Counted from the first letter of the whole stretch, positions 1-13,804 are shown. The stretch: DNA of 63,439 nt, filler included, from Collodictyon triciliatum (GCA_043381765.1; 6 parts of 6 records of this genome joined end to end with filler, not necessarily neighbours in it); one strand, 5' to 3'. Notes: generated by a model not told the origin, from the letters alone. Translations and numbers: made by a program.

Positions 1-107
1 ATTTCTATTTCTATTTCTATTTCTATTTCTATTTCTATTTCTATTTCTATTTCTATTTCTATTTCTATTTCTATTTCTATTTCTATTTCTATTTCTATTT
101 CTATTTC
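1..107 (+). repeat. (ATTTCT)n microsatellite
   Basis: Perfect hexamer array at the scaffold start. Confidence 0.95.
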
Positions 108-184
108 ATTTTACAATAATTCTTATCCTATTGATCATATAGAAATTTTGAAACTTGTTTTGTACTTGAAAATCATCATCACAG

Positions 185-3100
185 ATGGAACGCTTGTGTG
201 TCGCGTTTGGAGTGCATCGGCAGATAAGACCATTTGTGTGTGGAATGCTATTGGAACCCTGGAATGCATCTGCTCCATTGATTTGTCACCGTCTCCAATA
301 TATTCTTTGGTATTAAAATTTTTTCAATTATTTTGATCGCAAAAAAAGTGATTCATGAAATCCTATTTTGATTCACCTTACTATTTAATAACCCTTTTTT
401 TTTTTTTTTTTCGGCAGCTCACTCCCGATTTTATCATTAGTTAGCTGTGGGAATCAACAAAGTCTGGGTTGCAACAGACACCGGAATCAGTATCTACGAC
501 GCATCCAACTTCAGGAATGTAAAGTCCATTAGTTCACCTTCGAGCAGCTCTTTGCCCATCACTGCGGTTACCCGTTTATCAGAGGCTCAAGAAATCTCGG
601 TCAAGTACATTTGGAGTTCCACAGGAACCAACGAGAAAATTTCATTGTGGAAACTTGAGTCGTGGGTCGATGTGCATGATACAGACAGAAAAGACGTGTT
701 TGCTGGCCGAAGTAAAGCCATGAATATACTTGCGCACAACATTGTCCTGGAGAGTCAAATTAAAGGGTTGGCAGACCAGAAAAAGGAACTTACTCGCTTG
801 GTTGATGAGATGCAAGGAGGCATCAAGCAAAAGGCATCAGACGAGTTGAGAAATCAGTAAGCACATTCACCCAGTACGAATCGGGACAAGTCCATAATGT
901 TCGATGTTTGTATATTACTCCTTTTTTTTACACATCTTGCCACTGAAACAGACAAAGTGCTTTATTGCAAGAGAATGAGCTACTGCTTAAGAAATTGCAA
1001 GATATTGAGGACGTGAATAGAACTATTGAATCTAACAGAAGTGACTTGATAATGGATATTGAGAGGCTGAAGCGGGATAGAGACAGACTCCAAGTAAAAC
1101 CTTGTTTGAGACAAGAACCCCCTTTTCATACGTTTCGATGTAAAGCTAAGGCGATATTTGTGTAGGAAAAAATTGAGCAGCAGGGAAAGGAAATAGCGGA
1201 TATTTTGGAATCGAACTCTAGAATTGTGCGATTGAATCGCGACCAATTTGAAAGAATGGAGGAGGACAGAAAGGCTGAATTTAAATTAAGAATGGTGAGA
1301 TATTTTCTAGAGTTGATAGGATATGAGTTGTGGTGCTTTCATTTTGCAATCAAATCCTTTCTAGAGAGATTAAACAAAGTATTACATATAGGATGAATAC
1401 GAATCAATTTTAACAAAAAGCAAAAATGCTTTCGAAGATCAAATGAAGTAAATTATTTTATCCGATTGATTAAATGCTAAACAAAAATATTTTGGTTTCT
1501 TCGTCCAAGTTAACTTATCCTGCATATATTAATATCAAGGATAATACAAAGTGCTACTTTTAAATATATTTTAGTGTGGTGTAAATGTGTTTTCAAATAA
1601 AGTACCTTTTTCTCCTTTCATAAATTGCAGAAAATTGAAGCAGCAACATAAAAAAGAGTTAGAAATCATTATAAAGAAGTACGAAGATGAAAAGAGCCAA
1701 ATTTTGAACGCGCACAGAAAAGAATTGGACAGAATTGAGGTTGCCTTTTTTTCATACATCAAACAGAGTTTAATGATTTTTGGTATGCTTTATTTTCGAA
1801 ATTATACCTCATCAAGTGCTCGGGTTAATTTTAGAATGTAGCTAGAATCAAAAAAAAATTATGATGCATTTAGATTAGCAACGCACACATTTCCAACACC
1901 ACTCGGGAGCAACACCGAAAGGAAGCTGAAGGATATATCTTTGAAATCCAAAAACTGAAAGAAGAACACCAGCAACTCCTTATTAGCCTCGCGGGAGAGA
2001 CTCAAGTAACACCGCATTTTTTTCAGATATCCATATTATGTTTATTATGGGAATAAAAACAAATATATAGCTTCTTCCTTTTCAACTCTCTTAAATAAAT
2101 ACTCTGTGGCCAGGACAATCTTGCAAGGCTCGACAGTGATTACAAAGCAGAGATAAAGTTTATGAAAGAATCCTTTGAAGGATTGCTCGCCGAAAAAGAG
2201 TATTACTTCGATGATCGACTAGTACATAAAAAATAAAGATGGATATGTAAGAATTAATCAACTCATTCTTGTAAAACATTTTCCTGTGTTACTTTGTAGA
2301 GAGGAAATAGAAATACTGCAAAGTTCAAAAAAGGAGGAAATTTCAAAACTGAACCAGAGACACGGAGACGAACTGAAAAGAGAGAGACAGAGACACGAAA
2401 TTGAAAAGTCAACTGTCGTGGATAGCTTGAGTTCAACGAAGGTACATCAATTTATAGTGTCTTTCGTCGCTCTATCTTGACATCACCAACACCTATTTTA
2501 TGAAAGAGAAATACAAAACAAGATACTGTAAACCAATGCCAGCTTTTAATTTAACACAATAATGAATATATACGTAAGGATAAAGAAATTCAAGATTTGA
2601 AGACCCAAATCGACCGAATCAAAGACCAGCATAAAAAGGAGTTGCGCAATAGAGAGGAAGATTATCGCCTCCAAAGAAGACAAATGGAATATGAAGTGAA
2701 AGACGTAATATATATATTATCAAGAATTCAAAGTAATCAAGGAAAGCTATTGCCCATTGTGTTGAACGCGGTGCATACCATACTTTGCTATTTTTAATGT
2801 ATTATCATCTTTTCATGTTGTATTCCAATTGCAGAAAGAGGACAATTGGAGGAGGCTGCTGCGTGACAAGGATTTGGAGATAAGAGACCTTAAAGAAGAC
2901 ATCCAAAATCAAAGTGAGAAGCAACGCAAAGTATTTTCTGATAGCGACGAACGCATTGATAAACTAAAGCGTCAGAATGAGGCTGAATTGACCAGCTTGA
3001 GAAAACTTTGCGACAAGCAGATTCAAGTATACCCATTCATATATATGTGTGTAATATGTGTAATTTTTTTCCAGCGAATGAATAAAAGCTACTTTAGTTT

Positions 3101-5166
3101 TTTACATGTCAAAAACTGAGAAGATGTTGGGAAATGGCATAAATAGGAAATGCAAGAGAAACTATTCGAAGAGGAAAGATGTATTTCCAAGCTCCAGGAA
3201 GAAAATGCCAGTCGCTGTAGAAATCTAGAGGCGGACATTCGACAGGTTGTTTCCCACATCATAATTTAGTGTGCTTCATACGTTTTGATTAGACATACTC
3301 AGCGTTTCATTCTCTAAATTAACGATGTAGCCATCCACAAACCTATTCCTTCTCATCTCTATGATTTGTTTGTTTCTAAAACCCAAGCTCGACGAAAGTC
3401 GTCTTTTGCAAATCTCTGACCTCATTCGGACAATCGACCAACTTAAGCACCAACTTAATGAAGTGAGATTGTGAAAAGAATACATTCTTATTATTCTAGT
3501 CGCTGTTTTTTTCTTTCTAAACACGAAAAAGTAAAGAACATGTGCGGTTTTTTGGATTGCCTAGTAATTTTTCTGGCATGATTATCTTCTAGGCTTTCGA
3601 AGACGCCCAGAGAAGAGAGGAGGAACTTCGCTCTGAATTCCAAAGAGAAATACGAGAAAGAGAGTAAGAGTGCTAAACAATCGTCGAATAATCATCCCAA
3701 TATAAAAAAGCATTTCAATGAGCAAATCTCGCGTAATTTTATCGAAAAGATATTGTCGTGGCTTTTCCAGGCCGTTTCTTCTCATCATCCTTGAACAATT
3801 ATTTGCAGTGACGCAGTGAAGAGACAAAAAGATGAAACGCTCTTGGTCATACAAAGATGTAATGAAGTCACTGGAAAAAGCTCCGAGGCTGCAAGCGCGG
3901 TATGGAAATACTCATATACACACACGTGAATGCTAGTTGGCCAGGTGAATTGAGATAGGGATTTACTCAACAATTTTTTTCCCATTTGTGGCTCTTTATC
4001 AGCTAAATGGTGAGATTGCAAGACTAACTAGTATGTTGGAGAGCAAAGAGGACGAAATCGACAAAGTTCGTCGCGAATGTACTCAAAGAATAGACGATAT
4101 TCGCGTGAGACATGACGAAGAACTAAGAAGAAAGATAGGAGACAAACAGCTTCAGGTGCTTTTTCCTTTTCCACTCTATGTTATAGTCGAGCATATATTT
4201 GTGCGCATAATCGCTATTCGTATATCTATTCCCACACACTCATCCCTTTCGTTCGCCTGTAGTATGAAAACATCACAGCCAGAGCAACTGCGTTGGAAAA
4301 GGAAAAGATTGAACTCAGGAACAAAATGGACAAGGAAAATGGGGACGTATGTCAATCATGTTAGATGACAGTTTCTTTTTTGTTTCTATCATTTTGTTTT
4401 GTTTTTTTCTTTTAACGATGAAATCCTCATGTTGTGATTCCAGCTGAGAGCACAGATTGACAAACTGAGCCGCCGTATTGAAGAGATGAGTGCCACTTTG
4501 TCGAGCTCCGATGTCCCCAAAATCGAGTTTTTCTTGCAGGAATCCGCCCAGGTGAATAAATATATTAATAAATCCATTGGTGCATATTCCATTTGTTGAG
4601 ATATTATTATCACAAAGACGTTTTGATCGCATTCCCATTGCGTCTGTAAAAAGCTCTCCAGTCAATTCGAAAACGCATTCTCTCTCCTTTAAAAATATGA
4701 ATCATTGAGCATGAGAACTTTTACAATTAGGTGCTGAATCTGCTGCAACAGGCAGCCACGAAAGCAAAGGACATCAAAGCAGCTTTGCGAAACAGCGGTG
4801 GAATATCTTTCGAGTCAATCCGAATGTATTCTGCCGATACGCTCGTCATATTACACAACTGTGCAAGTCACCTGGAAAAGACTCTGTCTGCAATATCATC
4901 CGACTCACAAAGGCACCATCTCGGTAAGAATGAAAATAGAAGAGAAATAAAAATCATCTGATAATGGTATGATTTCCCAAGTAAAGATGAGGCATTATAC
5001 AACCAGCTAGAGCCATTACTTTTCCACTGCTTTTTGCTTCTTTTTTTACTTTCAATCGATAGGTCTGCGAAGCTCCATTCCTTCTGATGCTGATTTGCAA
5101 GAGAAACTCGCACGGCTGCGTGAATCGTATGCAAAGTTTTGGCAGGAACTCGATGTCGCTGTGTGA
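185..5166 (+). CDS. WD40-repeat plus long coiled-coil protein (5'-partial, about 17 exons)
   Basis: GT-AG splicing gives a continuous frame. WD40-like motifs (VWSASADKTICVWN, VWVATDTGISIYD, ISLWKLE) are followed by E/K/Q/R-rich heptad exons. Stop is TGA at 5164-5166. Confidence 0.8.
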
Positions 5167-5513
5167 TTGGGCTTGAAATGATTTGGCCGCTGTTTTTGTC
5201 GATCTTGTATAAACAACCATGCAGCCTCTTTCATTTTCATTTTAGAGGGGATAAACAAGAGTATTTATTATTACCGGTTTTGCATGTGAAAGAAAAGGCT
5301 TGAAGTCCTCCTTCATGGTAGAATTAATTTGGAGTGGATTGCAACGAACTAATCACCGATTAATTGAAAGGGAAGAAAAAAAAACAAGGAGAATAGGATA
5401 ATGAAGTGCGCCTCGCTCGCTCTACCGAATCTAAAGCTCGAGACTCATCGCGCGCTATTGCAATACATCGTTTAATGTTTTTGGTGAGTAATTGAAAAAA
5501 AAAACCTTAGAAA

Positions 5514-7296
5514 TCAGTTTTTGTAAGAGAGAACCTCATCAAGACGTCGGATTCCAACATTAAGATTTCTACTGGTCAGGAAAATAACAAGAATGAAGGA
5601 AGGAATGAAAGTAGGAAAGAAAAATGAAAACAAGAAGAAAATAGCATTTAGCTATGATGAATAACAGAATGTAAATAGTGGAATAGCTGCAATATTTTGA
5701 TATGGTTCGGAGGATTATGTCGAATGGTTATTGGCCAAGGACACTCACTTTCCATCGATTATCCCTTCCTGCCGAAGAAGTTCGTTTTCCAGCCGTGTCT
5801 TCTCCTCTTCTTGTCTCCATTGCTGCAAGACAGGCAAACGAAGAACGCATAAATATGTTACCGCGGAAGCAGATCGTTTACATCACATGTAATATCGCAC
5901 TTTGGATCCATTTAGATTTAAGAAAACGGATAAAAGGATGGCACTATATTCATCTATTGTGCGTCACCCACCTCGTACGATTTGTTCTTGACGTACTGCA
6001 CGAAAAGGTTGGTATTCAGAAGTTGATAAATCTGGTCGCGAGCTCGTGAAAACAGATTCGGGTCTGTTTTGTCTATAGCGCGTGTTTAAATAATGTTTCT
6101 GATTTCTTATCTTAAAGTGAATCGTATGCAATGCAGAAGAAGGATTAAAAAAAAAAAAAAAGGATTAATGAGGTCTGGTACACATATTAATGTTCGATTC
6201 ACGAAAAGTACTAGTGCTTTCCAGAATGGCATCTCTCACTTCCCATGAAATATTGATTTCTTTTTCGGACCCGTTTGCGATAAATATTCGAATTATATCC
6301 TGCAGAAGGGGAAAAAAAAAGTGATTGTTTTTGAAGATGAAGCATTCAAACGCTTTGAGTGGCAAGACCAAACTCCTCATATTGACTACCTCTGTGTGAC
6401 TAACGACATCTGGTGATTGGTTTTGAATCATTTGCTCCCGAACTAAAAGCTGCTCCCAGAATTCTACGTTTTCCAAGCAGTATTTTTGGGCCGCATATTC
6501 CTGCAAATTTTATTTGAATGGGAAAATTTTATTGAATTACGTGTGTTTGGAAGAGCAATTGGTTCCTTCGCAAGATATGCATTAAAGTAAAAGTAAAAAG
6601 TAATAAAAAAAATTATCTGAATTTTCTATATGATGAACGAAGGATGTCGAAAATAAGATGGACTCACTTTAAAATTTGCTCTCCATTCTTCGTCCAGTAA
6701 CAAGTCATCCAAACGAGAGCCGAAAAAAAATGGATTGGCTCTGACAAGATAAGCATAATTGAATTGAGAGGCGAAAAAAAAAATAATCAGGCGTTAACTA
6801 TTTGAATCTTGTTTTCGAATATGAAAATTAAAAGCCAGTGCCATTCTTTTCTACCTGCGAAAAAGATTTTCGAAACGTCTTAGATAGGCTCGGTCGTCTC
6901 GAATGCATGCCCACAGACTCTCTCCAATTGTGAACCAGTAATAGTAGTTGATGTTCCAAAGAATCTATATTTTATTTTTCATTTCATTTGGCTTTGACTG
7001 TGATATAAAAAAAAAAAAGCTGGCAGGCCGATATACTACGATGAAAAGAAATTCCCATGTTGTTAGAAATACAAATCTCAACCACTGGTAAATATCGGCT
7101 TGTTTGAAAAGAAAGATATGTTGAAGCATACGATGAGAGTTATCACAGCTCTTCCAAACAAATACTTCCGCCAGTCGTTGATGATTATGAATGATATTAC
7201 CACCGTCGCAAAGACAGAAAACATTCCGCCCATAAAAGCTACTCTATTTTCGTTAAACTCCTGTCGAACTGATCGAGTGAGCCATGAGAATATCTA

Positions 7297-7384
<88 letters not shown>

Positions 7385-8265
7385 AATGCTTAGATATGGT
7401 TGCAAGAGTAATATATATCGATTTGTTTATTGCATCTTTTTTCTTAACTGTTCAATTATTTGATATTGAAAATATTGGATGAGGTGGGACAAACCAAAAG
7501 GAAAATATGAGGAAATATTATAAACATCCCCAGGACGATGGTCCAGGCAATATCGTCGACCACACAGAGGCCGTTGTCTTCTTTGGCTCCCCTTTCAGCA
7601 ATAGACACTTTGCAAAAGCCATGTGGACAAAGAAACGAATATTTAATTTTGGTTATGATATGATATACGCTTGTATGATGCCGACATGAGTGGTAAGTGC
7701 AGAGGAAAATTGATACAAAGATGCAAATTCGGCGGAGCGTGTGTGTACGAAAGATATAAATGTAGCACTATTTGATTAAAAAATAAGCTGTAGTTTTCAT
7801 TCACTCACCGATAGAAATAAAAAGAGAAGGAATCAGGCTTATTAATATATAGACGTATGATTTCCTTGGGAGGGTCCTTTGTTTTACAAGTATAAAGTAT
7901 GTCCGGATGGAACGGACGACAAGGGAATAAACGAAAAGATTTTGTCCAAGCAGTAGCTGAACCCAATCTGAAAAACAGGAAGAGAATGTAAGAACCGTTT
8001 GTTTGAATGGTTATTTTGAAGGAGTGAATTTCGCTTTTAATATGTAAACGATGCATTTCAGGCAAGTCAAATCAAAAAATAACAGATGCAGTTTTTGATT
8101 GAGAGAAGAACAAGAACAAGAACAAGAACAAGAACAAGAACAAGAACAAGAACAAGAACAAGAACAAGAACAAGAACAAGAACAAGAACAAGAACAAGAT
8201 CACTTTTCAGCAAAGAACGTCATGTTACTTACAAATCCAATAAACACAATCCGAATCAGACATGT
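5514..8265 (-). CDS. Multi-pass membrane protein (class C GPCR-like TM region) fused to a C-terminal RGS domain; 5' end in the N gap
   Basis: Spliced exons read DCVYWIYWVQLLLGQNLFVYSLVVRSIRTYFIL / LCVVDDIAWTIVLGMFIIF / LTRSVRQEFNENRVAF / ILWNINYYYWF. The RGS motifs follow: LDDLLLDEEWRANFKEYAAQKYCLENVEFW, IFIANGSEKEINIS, LFSRARDQIYQLL. Stop is TGA at 5514. Confidence 0.8.
7296..7385 (+). repeat. (AAAG)n intronic microsatellite
   Basis: Perfect tetramer array abutting an acceptor of the RGS gene. Confidence 0.95.
8107..8198 (+). repeat. (AGAACA)n intronic microsatellite
   Basis: Perfect hexamer array. Confidence 0.95.
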
Positions 8266-9385
8266 CTAAGTGGAGGTGTTTATTAACTACCTAATCACCG
8301 TCAGACATGNNNNNNNNNNNNNNNNNNNNNNNNNNNNNNNNNNNNNNNNNNNNNNNNNNNNNNNNNNNNNNNNNNNNNNNNNNNNNNNNNNNNNNNNNNN
8401 NNNNNNNNNNNNNNNNNNNNNNNNNNNNNNNNNNNNNNNNNNNNNNNNNNNNNNNNNNNNNNNNNNNNNNNNNNNNNNNNNNNNNNNNNNNNNNNNNNNN
8501 NNNNNNNNNNNNNNNNNNNNNNNNNNNNNNNNNNNNNNNNNNNNNNNNNNNNNNNNNNNNNNNNNNNNNNNNNNNNNNNNNNNNNNNNNNNNNNNNNNNN
8601 NNNNNNNNNNNNNNNNNNNNNNNNNNNNNNNNNNNNNNNNNNNNNNNNNNNNNNNNNNNNNNNNNNNNNNNNNNNNNNNNNNNNNNNNNNNNNNNNNNNN
8701 NNNNNNNNNNNNNNNNNNNNNNNNNNNNNNNNNNNNNNNNNNNNNNNNNNNNNNNNNNNNNNNNNNNNNNNNNNNNNNNNNNNNNNNNNNNNNNNNNNNN
8801 NNNNNNNNNNNNNNGTGTATACATCTTTACGGTTTTTTCTTCCTTTTTTTCTTTTTCTTTTTTCCTTCTTTTCTTTTTTCTTTTTTTCTTTTTTTCTTTT
8901 TTGTTTTTGTTTTCTTTTCTCTTTTTTTAAATGGAACATTCACTCGTTCGGTCTTGTCAGCGAGCGCGGAAAAGGACACAGGCAAACTTGCAGATGTAAA
9001 AACAGAGGTCACAAACGCGGTTGTTTATCGAAGGTCGATGCAAAAGAGAACACATATGTTACGGAGGTAAAACAAAACAAAATAAAATATAAAAAGAAAG
9101 AATGATGAATGGAAATATATTGAAAAATAAAGTATGAAGTGAAATCATCCACGATAATGAAGCCCTGCGCTTCGTTCATGCGACAGAGAGAAAAGAAAAG
9201 TAATGCGCTCCTGGCCTATCCATCACCAACCTTCAATATGGAACACGATATATGATGATGAACGACACAATACAGATGGTGCGGTGGTTGCCTGGGATGT
9301 TTGCCTGCCTTGAAAGGCCAGAACAAAAGACAGCGGTAGGCGGGGATGATATCGCGAAATACTTGTGCGCACACAAGAGAGACAA

Positions 9386-12300
9386 TCAAGGATAAAACTC
9401 CAACCCATGGAGGGAAATCAGCTCGAGTTTGCTCGCAGACGCATCACAGACTATGATTTTGTTTCCCGGAGCCACTGCACAGCCAGCCGGCGACCGAATG
9501 ATGACTCCAATCTCATCACTGCACGGTATTTGCTGGATGATCTGGCCATCGCTCCCAAACAGAAACAAGCACGGGCTGTTCTCATCGGTTAGCAGCAACG
9601 TATCGCCCGGTCCGCGGCAGATGTGAACCCAGTCGCTGGTGTTTGGGACCTGTGAGTTGCAGAGGCATTCCCCTTGCAGGCTGACCTGTCTCAGCCACTT
9701 GCCTTCATCACACACGCACCAAATCGAGCCGTCTGACAGCACAGCCACCCCAGTCGGCTTGCGCAGAATCCGGGACTCTGCAGACTCGCCGCTTGTCTGT
9801 GCGTCTTGAATCAGGTGAACCAGCTCCCCTTGGAGCGAAAAAATCTGGACCCGGTTGTTCCCGTAGTCTGCGATGTAAACGAATCCCTCCGAGTCCAGGC
9901 CTATGCCGAAGACAAGGTCCAGCTGGCCCGGGCCGCTTCCGTGCGAACCCATCGACCGGAGGAAGTGCCCCGAGGAATCAAAGAGCTGAATCCGGTAGTT
10001 CCACAGATCGGAGACAATGACGGTCCCGTCCAGCGTGATGCATATGTCCACCGGCGTGTTGAACTCCCCAGCATCGGAACCAAACCTGCCAAAGGAAAAG
10101 AGCCATTGCATGGAAGGCGATAGGACAACAATCCGGTGGTTGCATGTGTCCACCACAAAGACTCGCCCATCCATTGGATGGATTGCGACTGCATGCGGTG
10201 AATTCAGATCTTTTTTTTCTCCTGCTTCTGGCTCTGGCTCGATGGGTGCGTCCTTCGTTGTGTCATCAGTTTCATGTGCTGTTGGCATAGCCGCTGCTCT
10301 TCCGTCTGCAGAGTCACTGAGATGAGGCGGTGTTGGAAGAACAACCCAGCTAGGCTCAACTTCGCTCAGAGATACACACCCCATTGGGTTTCTGTGCTCG
10401 CTAGGCTGGAAAGGCAAGATTAAACTGAAGCTCGGGTCTAAACTCAGCGTCAATTGGACTTTCTGCTGGGCAGTGGAAACGCTCCTGTGCTCGATGGACA
10501 TCGTTAGGCCGTTTCGTGCTTGTCGAAGCTTGAATGCTTTTGCGGCGCTCTCGCTCATCTGATGGGCTTTTGTAGAAACAACAAGGCTGTGTAGTGTTTG
10601 TCGCCGTACGGACTCTAGATTTTCGAATTGGTCCTTGAGCTTCTCCAAAGCCTGGTTTTGCATCTTCATTACCTGAAAAAAAGTTTCAGTGAAAAGATTT
10701 CTAATCAGCAACTTGTGCTTGGTTACGATTGGTAATAATTTGGCTAGGAAACTCGAACAAGGTCAAATGATTTTTTTTTCTTCCTTATTATGTGTCTACA
10801 CTGGAATAAATACCAAGAAAATAAGGCAGTTATTTGAGCTTATCAATTCAAAAGAAGAGAAAATAAGCATTACGTCTTCTAGAAAATCCTCCTCTAATTT
10901 CTTCACAGCATCAATGATTTCCTTAGAGCGCATCTTAATCTGTTCACCGAATAAGTTTGCATTTTCTTTGACCTAATAAGGAATATGGTGAGTCACATTT
11001 TTGTTTAAAAAGTATATATTAAACAATGTAAATCATATGTCATAATATAAAATGCATAAAATTACAAGCGAAATAGTCAAAAAAAATGTAAATTTTAAAC
11101 AGTGCACAACTTCTATTTGATTCTTGTATAATATCACGCTCGATATATCACAACCAAATGGGCATTTGAATAACTTATGCGTGTACTTGTATCAACAAAT
11201 ATTTTTTGTTGAGAAAATAAATTACATCTTTGAGATTTTGCGATATGATGTACTGCTTGGTTTTGATTTCCTCGGCAAACACTTCCACCTCAGGCTTCAG
11301 CCTACCCAGAACATCGGATGAGGCAGCAATATCTTCACCCACGGTGACATATCCATGACCAAAATGTCTATCAGAGAAGCATATGGAACAAAAAGGCCTC
11401 GGGTCCTGACAGTTTGTGCACAAATATTCAACGGCATAACCCGGGTGGGTGGGACAAGCTTGTGAATGTAGTGGCTGGTCCCTGCGTTCATGGTCTATTT
11501 TTTCTGATATATCTCTATGAATAAAAAAAAAAAATGAAAATATGACTACTTGTCATTTTATATTTGGCTGATCGGTAATTGGTAGCTTTTTTTTCTTGTT
11601 ATTTTTGTGAGAGGATTTTCATTCAAAAGTACATGCTTTAGAATCATTTATCTTTTTAAAAAAAAAATATAAAATGAAAAAGGTTGGGCTTACATAACCA
11701 AATGCGACTGAGAAAACATTGTGTCATGAATGGGGAGACAAGTGGGACATAGATACCCACAACCAAATGTGCAGTATTTCTCAGACTCATTCCTGCATGA
11801 AGTAAAGAAGCACGTTGGATTCCTCAGCCTCCCTCTTTTATGCGGAATGCCTTGTTCGCTTGCGGATACGCCAAGACTTGAAGCGTGTCTCGATGCAACA
11901 TCGCTGTCCTTCTCCGATTCCTCGTAAGGGCGTTTCAATGAGTGCGAACTAGATGGCTTCTGCGCTAAATCAGATTCTGTTGAGAGGTGATTCGAGGGTT
12001 CTTTTTGTTGCTGGAAGATTGGGTTCGATGCGGCTGTTTGTGCATTTGCATCCGGGGCGGAATATGGAGTGAAGTAAAGATGGTCTAGGGTAGACGGATT
12101 GTCATGTGGGCTGAGTCGAACTCCCGAGGGTTGAACGCCATCAGGTGACTTTAAGCTGCCTTGTGGAGTTGGACTTGGATTTAGACTCGGACTTGGACTT
12201 GGACTTGGGTTGATTTTACTAAGCATAGTGACCGACGATGCGTCCAACTGCAAAGAAGGTGGCTTTGTAATATGCTCTTTGTTTAATGAGGCCGAATGGC

Positions 12301-13447
12301 TTCCTGGCTGACTCGAGGACTTTGACTGAATTGAAGTCTCTGTGCGGTTTTGCTTCGTAGCGTGAGTGGACGGCGCAAGAGTGAGATGATTGAGGAGAGT
12401 GTCTGTATTGACAGTGTTTGCCGCGGAGGCTGATTTCTGTCTATTGGCTATTTGTGCCTGGGTTTGTGTCTTTTCCGGTGCGATGTTATGCACGTCATTC
12501 CGCACTAGATTCGAGGACGGGCGCGTGGTGTTATTTGCCGTTGTGTTTGTTGTCGATGCAGAGTGGGACAAATCGGTTGCCGGAGAGATGATTACGCTCG
12601 AGGGCGTTTGGTTCTGGTTTGGGCTCTTCCATATCACCTTCTGCTGACCAGGTTGGGTATGGTCCTTGAGCAGCTTGCTTGCGCCAGCAACAAACGATGC
12701 AGACGACTCATTGTCCGACTCCGCAAGGATGTTTACCACACTTGGACGCGTCCCGGGCTTTGGTGCATTTATCGCCGGTGTTCCTTTTGGATTGGAGAGA
12801 TGCTGCGGACCAGCATTGAACGAGACTTTCGGGAGGTTTTCGATGTCCTTCGACGTGAGGAAGTGTGGATGCTGACAGACTGGACATGGGAAGGACGATG
12901 AAGGGCCGGTCTTTTGCGCGGGGCGCTTTTCAAGGGCAGCTGCAATGTTTGTCCGGCCTTCAGCCATATCCTTTGCGCGGTGGCGGATTGCCAGGCGATT
13001 TCCCGTGGTTATTGTGCGGCCGGAGTCGTGCGATGCAGAGTCGAGTGTGTGTGTCTGTGCAGTGCGTGGCGGGCGTGTGAACGGGCTGAAAAGGAGCGGC
13101 GTTTGTGTGGGTTGTTGGGCCATCAGAGTTGCGGGAGTTGGCGTGATTGGCATCTGCATCGGGGTTGACATCTGGATTTCATGCTCGCTGCTGCTTCGAC
13201 TTCGGCTTTGGCTTCGGCTTCGGCTTCGGCTTCGGCTTCGGCTTCGGCTTCGGCTTTCAGAGTCAGAGCCTGAGTCTTGGCCTTCCGAATCGCTGCTTTC
13301 CGAGTGGATGGAGTGCAGGATTTCGTTGAGGCGGGCGAGGTTGAACAGGCATGGCAGGCAGCAGAGATGGCCGCACGTAAGCAGTCGTGGATCGTTGAGT
13401 GTGCCTCGGCAGATCGGGCACAGATGCGTTGTCCGCGCGGTGTGCAT
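9386..13447 (-). CDS. TRIM-NHL-like protein: RING (split), two B-boxes, coiled coil, NHL beta-propeller; 4 exons
   Basis: RING CPIC..LTCGHLCCLPC...CPVC. B-box1 C..C..YCTFGCGYLCPTC..H..H and B-box2 CPTH..YLCTNC..FCSIC..H.GH. NHL repeats (LNSPHAVAI, FNTPVDIC, IADYGNNRVQIF). GT-AG junctions are in phase. Confidence 0.88.
13196..13257 (-). repeat. Coding (CGAAGC)n repeat encoding an RS dipeptide tract
   Basis: Translates SRSRSRSRSRSRSRSQSRSR within the TRIM gene. Confidence 0.9.
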
Positions 13448-13467
13448 CGACCAAGTGCGGTGTGTCT

Positions 13468-13637
13468 TTATTTTATTGGGTATTTTATTGGGTATTTTAT
13501 TGGGTATTTTATTGGGTATTTTATTGGGTATTTTATTTGGTATTTTATTGGGTATTTTATTGGGTATTTTATTGGGTATTTTATTGGGTATTTTATTGGG
13601 TATTTTATTGGGTATTTTATTGGGTATTTTATTGGGT
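13468..13637 (+). repeat. (TTTTATTGGGTA)n 12-mer tandem array
   Basis: About 14 copies running to the scaffold end, starting about 20 nt upstream of the TRIM ATG. Confidence 0.93.
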
Positions 13638-13737
13638 NNNNNNNNNNNNNNNNNNNNNNNNNNNNNNNNNNNNNNNNNNNNTTAATTAATTAANNNNNNN
13701 NNNNNNNNNNNNNNNNNNNNNNNNNNNNNNNNNNNNN
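13638..13737. other. Artificial scaffold linker 44N-TTAATTAATTAA-44N (also 27360-27459, 41096-41195, 54817-54916, 60965-61064)
   Basis: The identical 100-nt spacer, with stops in all six frames, occurs five times. Confidence 0.97.

Positions 13738-13804
<67 letters not shown>

Noticed and set aside
8270-9105. Long ORFs over N gaps and simple repeats (also 17935-18985, 26981-27415, 36274-36936, 40963-41377, 46536-46961, 56777-57176)
   Set aside because: These are artifacts of Ns and stop-free microsatellites.
13468-13637. TTTTATTGGGTA and TTTTTATGGG arrays as true telomeres
   Set aside because: The two units differ, each abuts a gene start, and the other scaffold ends carry unrelated simple repeats. 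Assembly breaks at repeats are more parsimonious, though long reads would be decisive.
12390-13685. Overlapping antisense ORFs in GC-rich exons (also over the BEACH last exon and the CA genes)
   Set aside because: They are shadow ORFs of GC-rich coding sequence with no motifs.
13682-13693. Recurrent palindromic TTAATTAATTAA flanked by Ns
   Set aside because: It is an artificial six-frame-stop linker used to concatenate scaffolds. Gene adjacency across linkers has no biological meaning.
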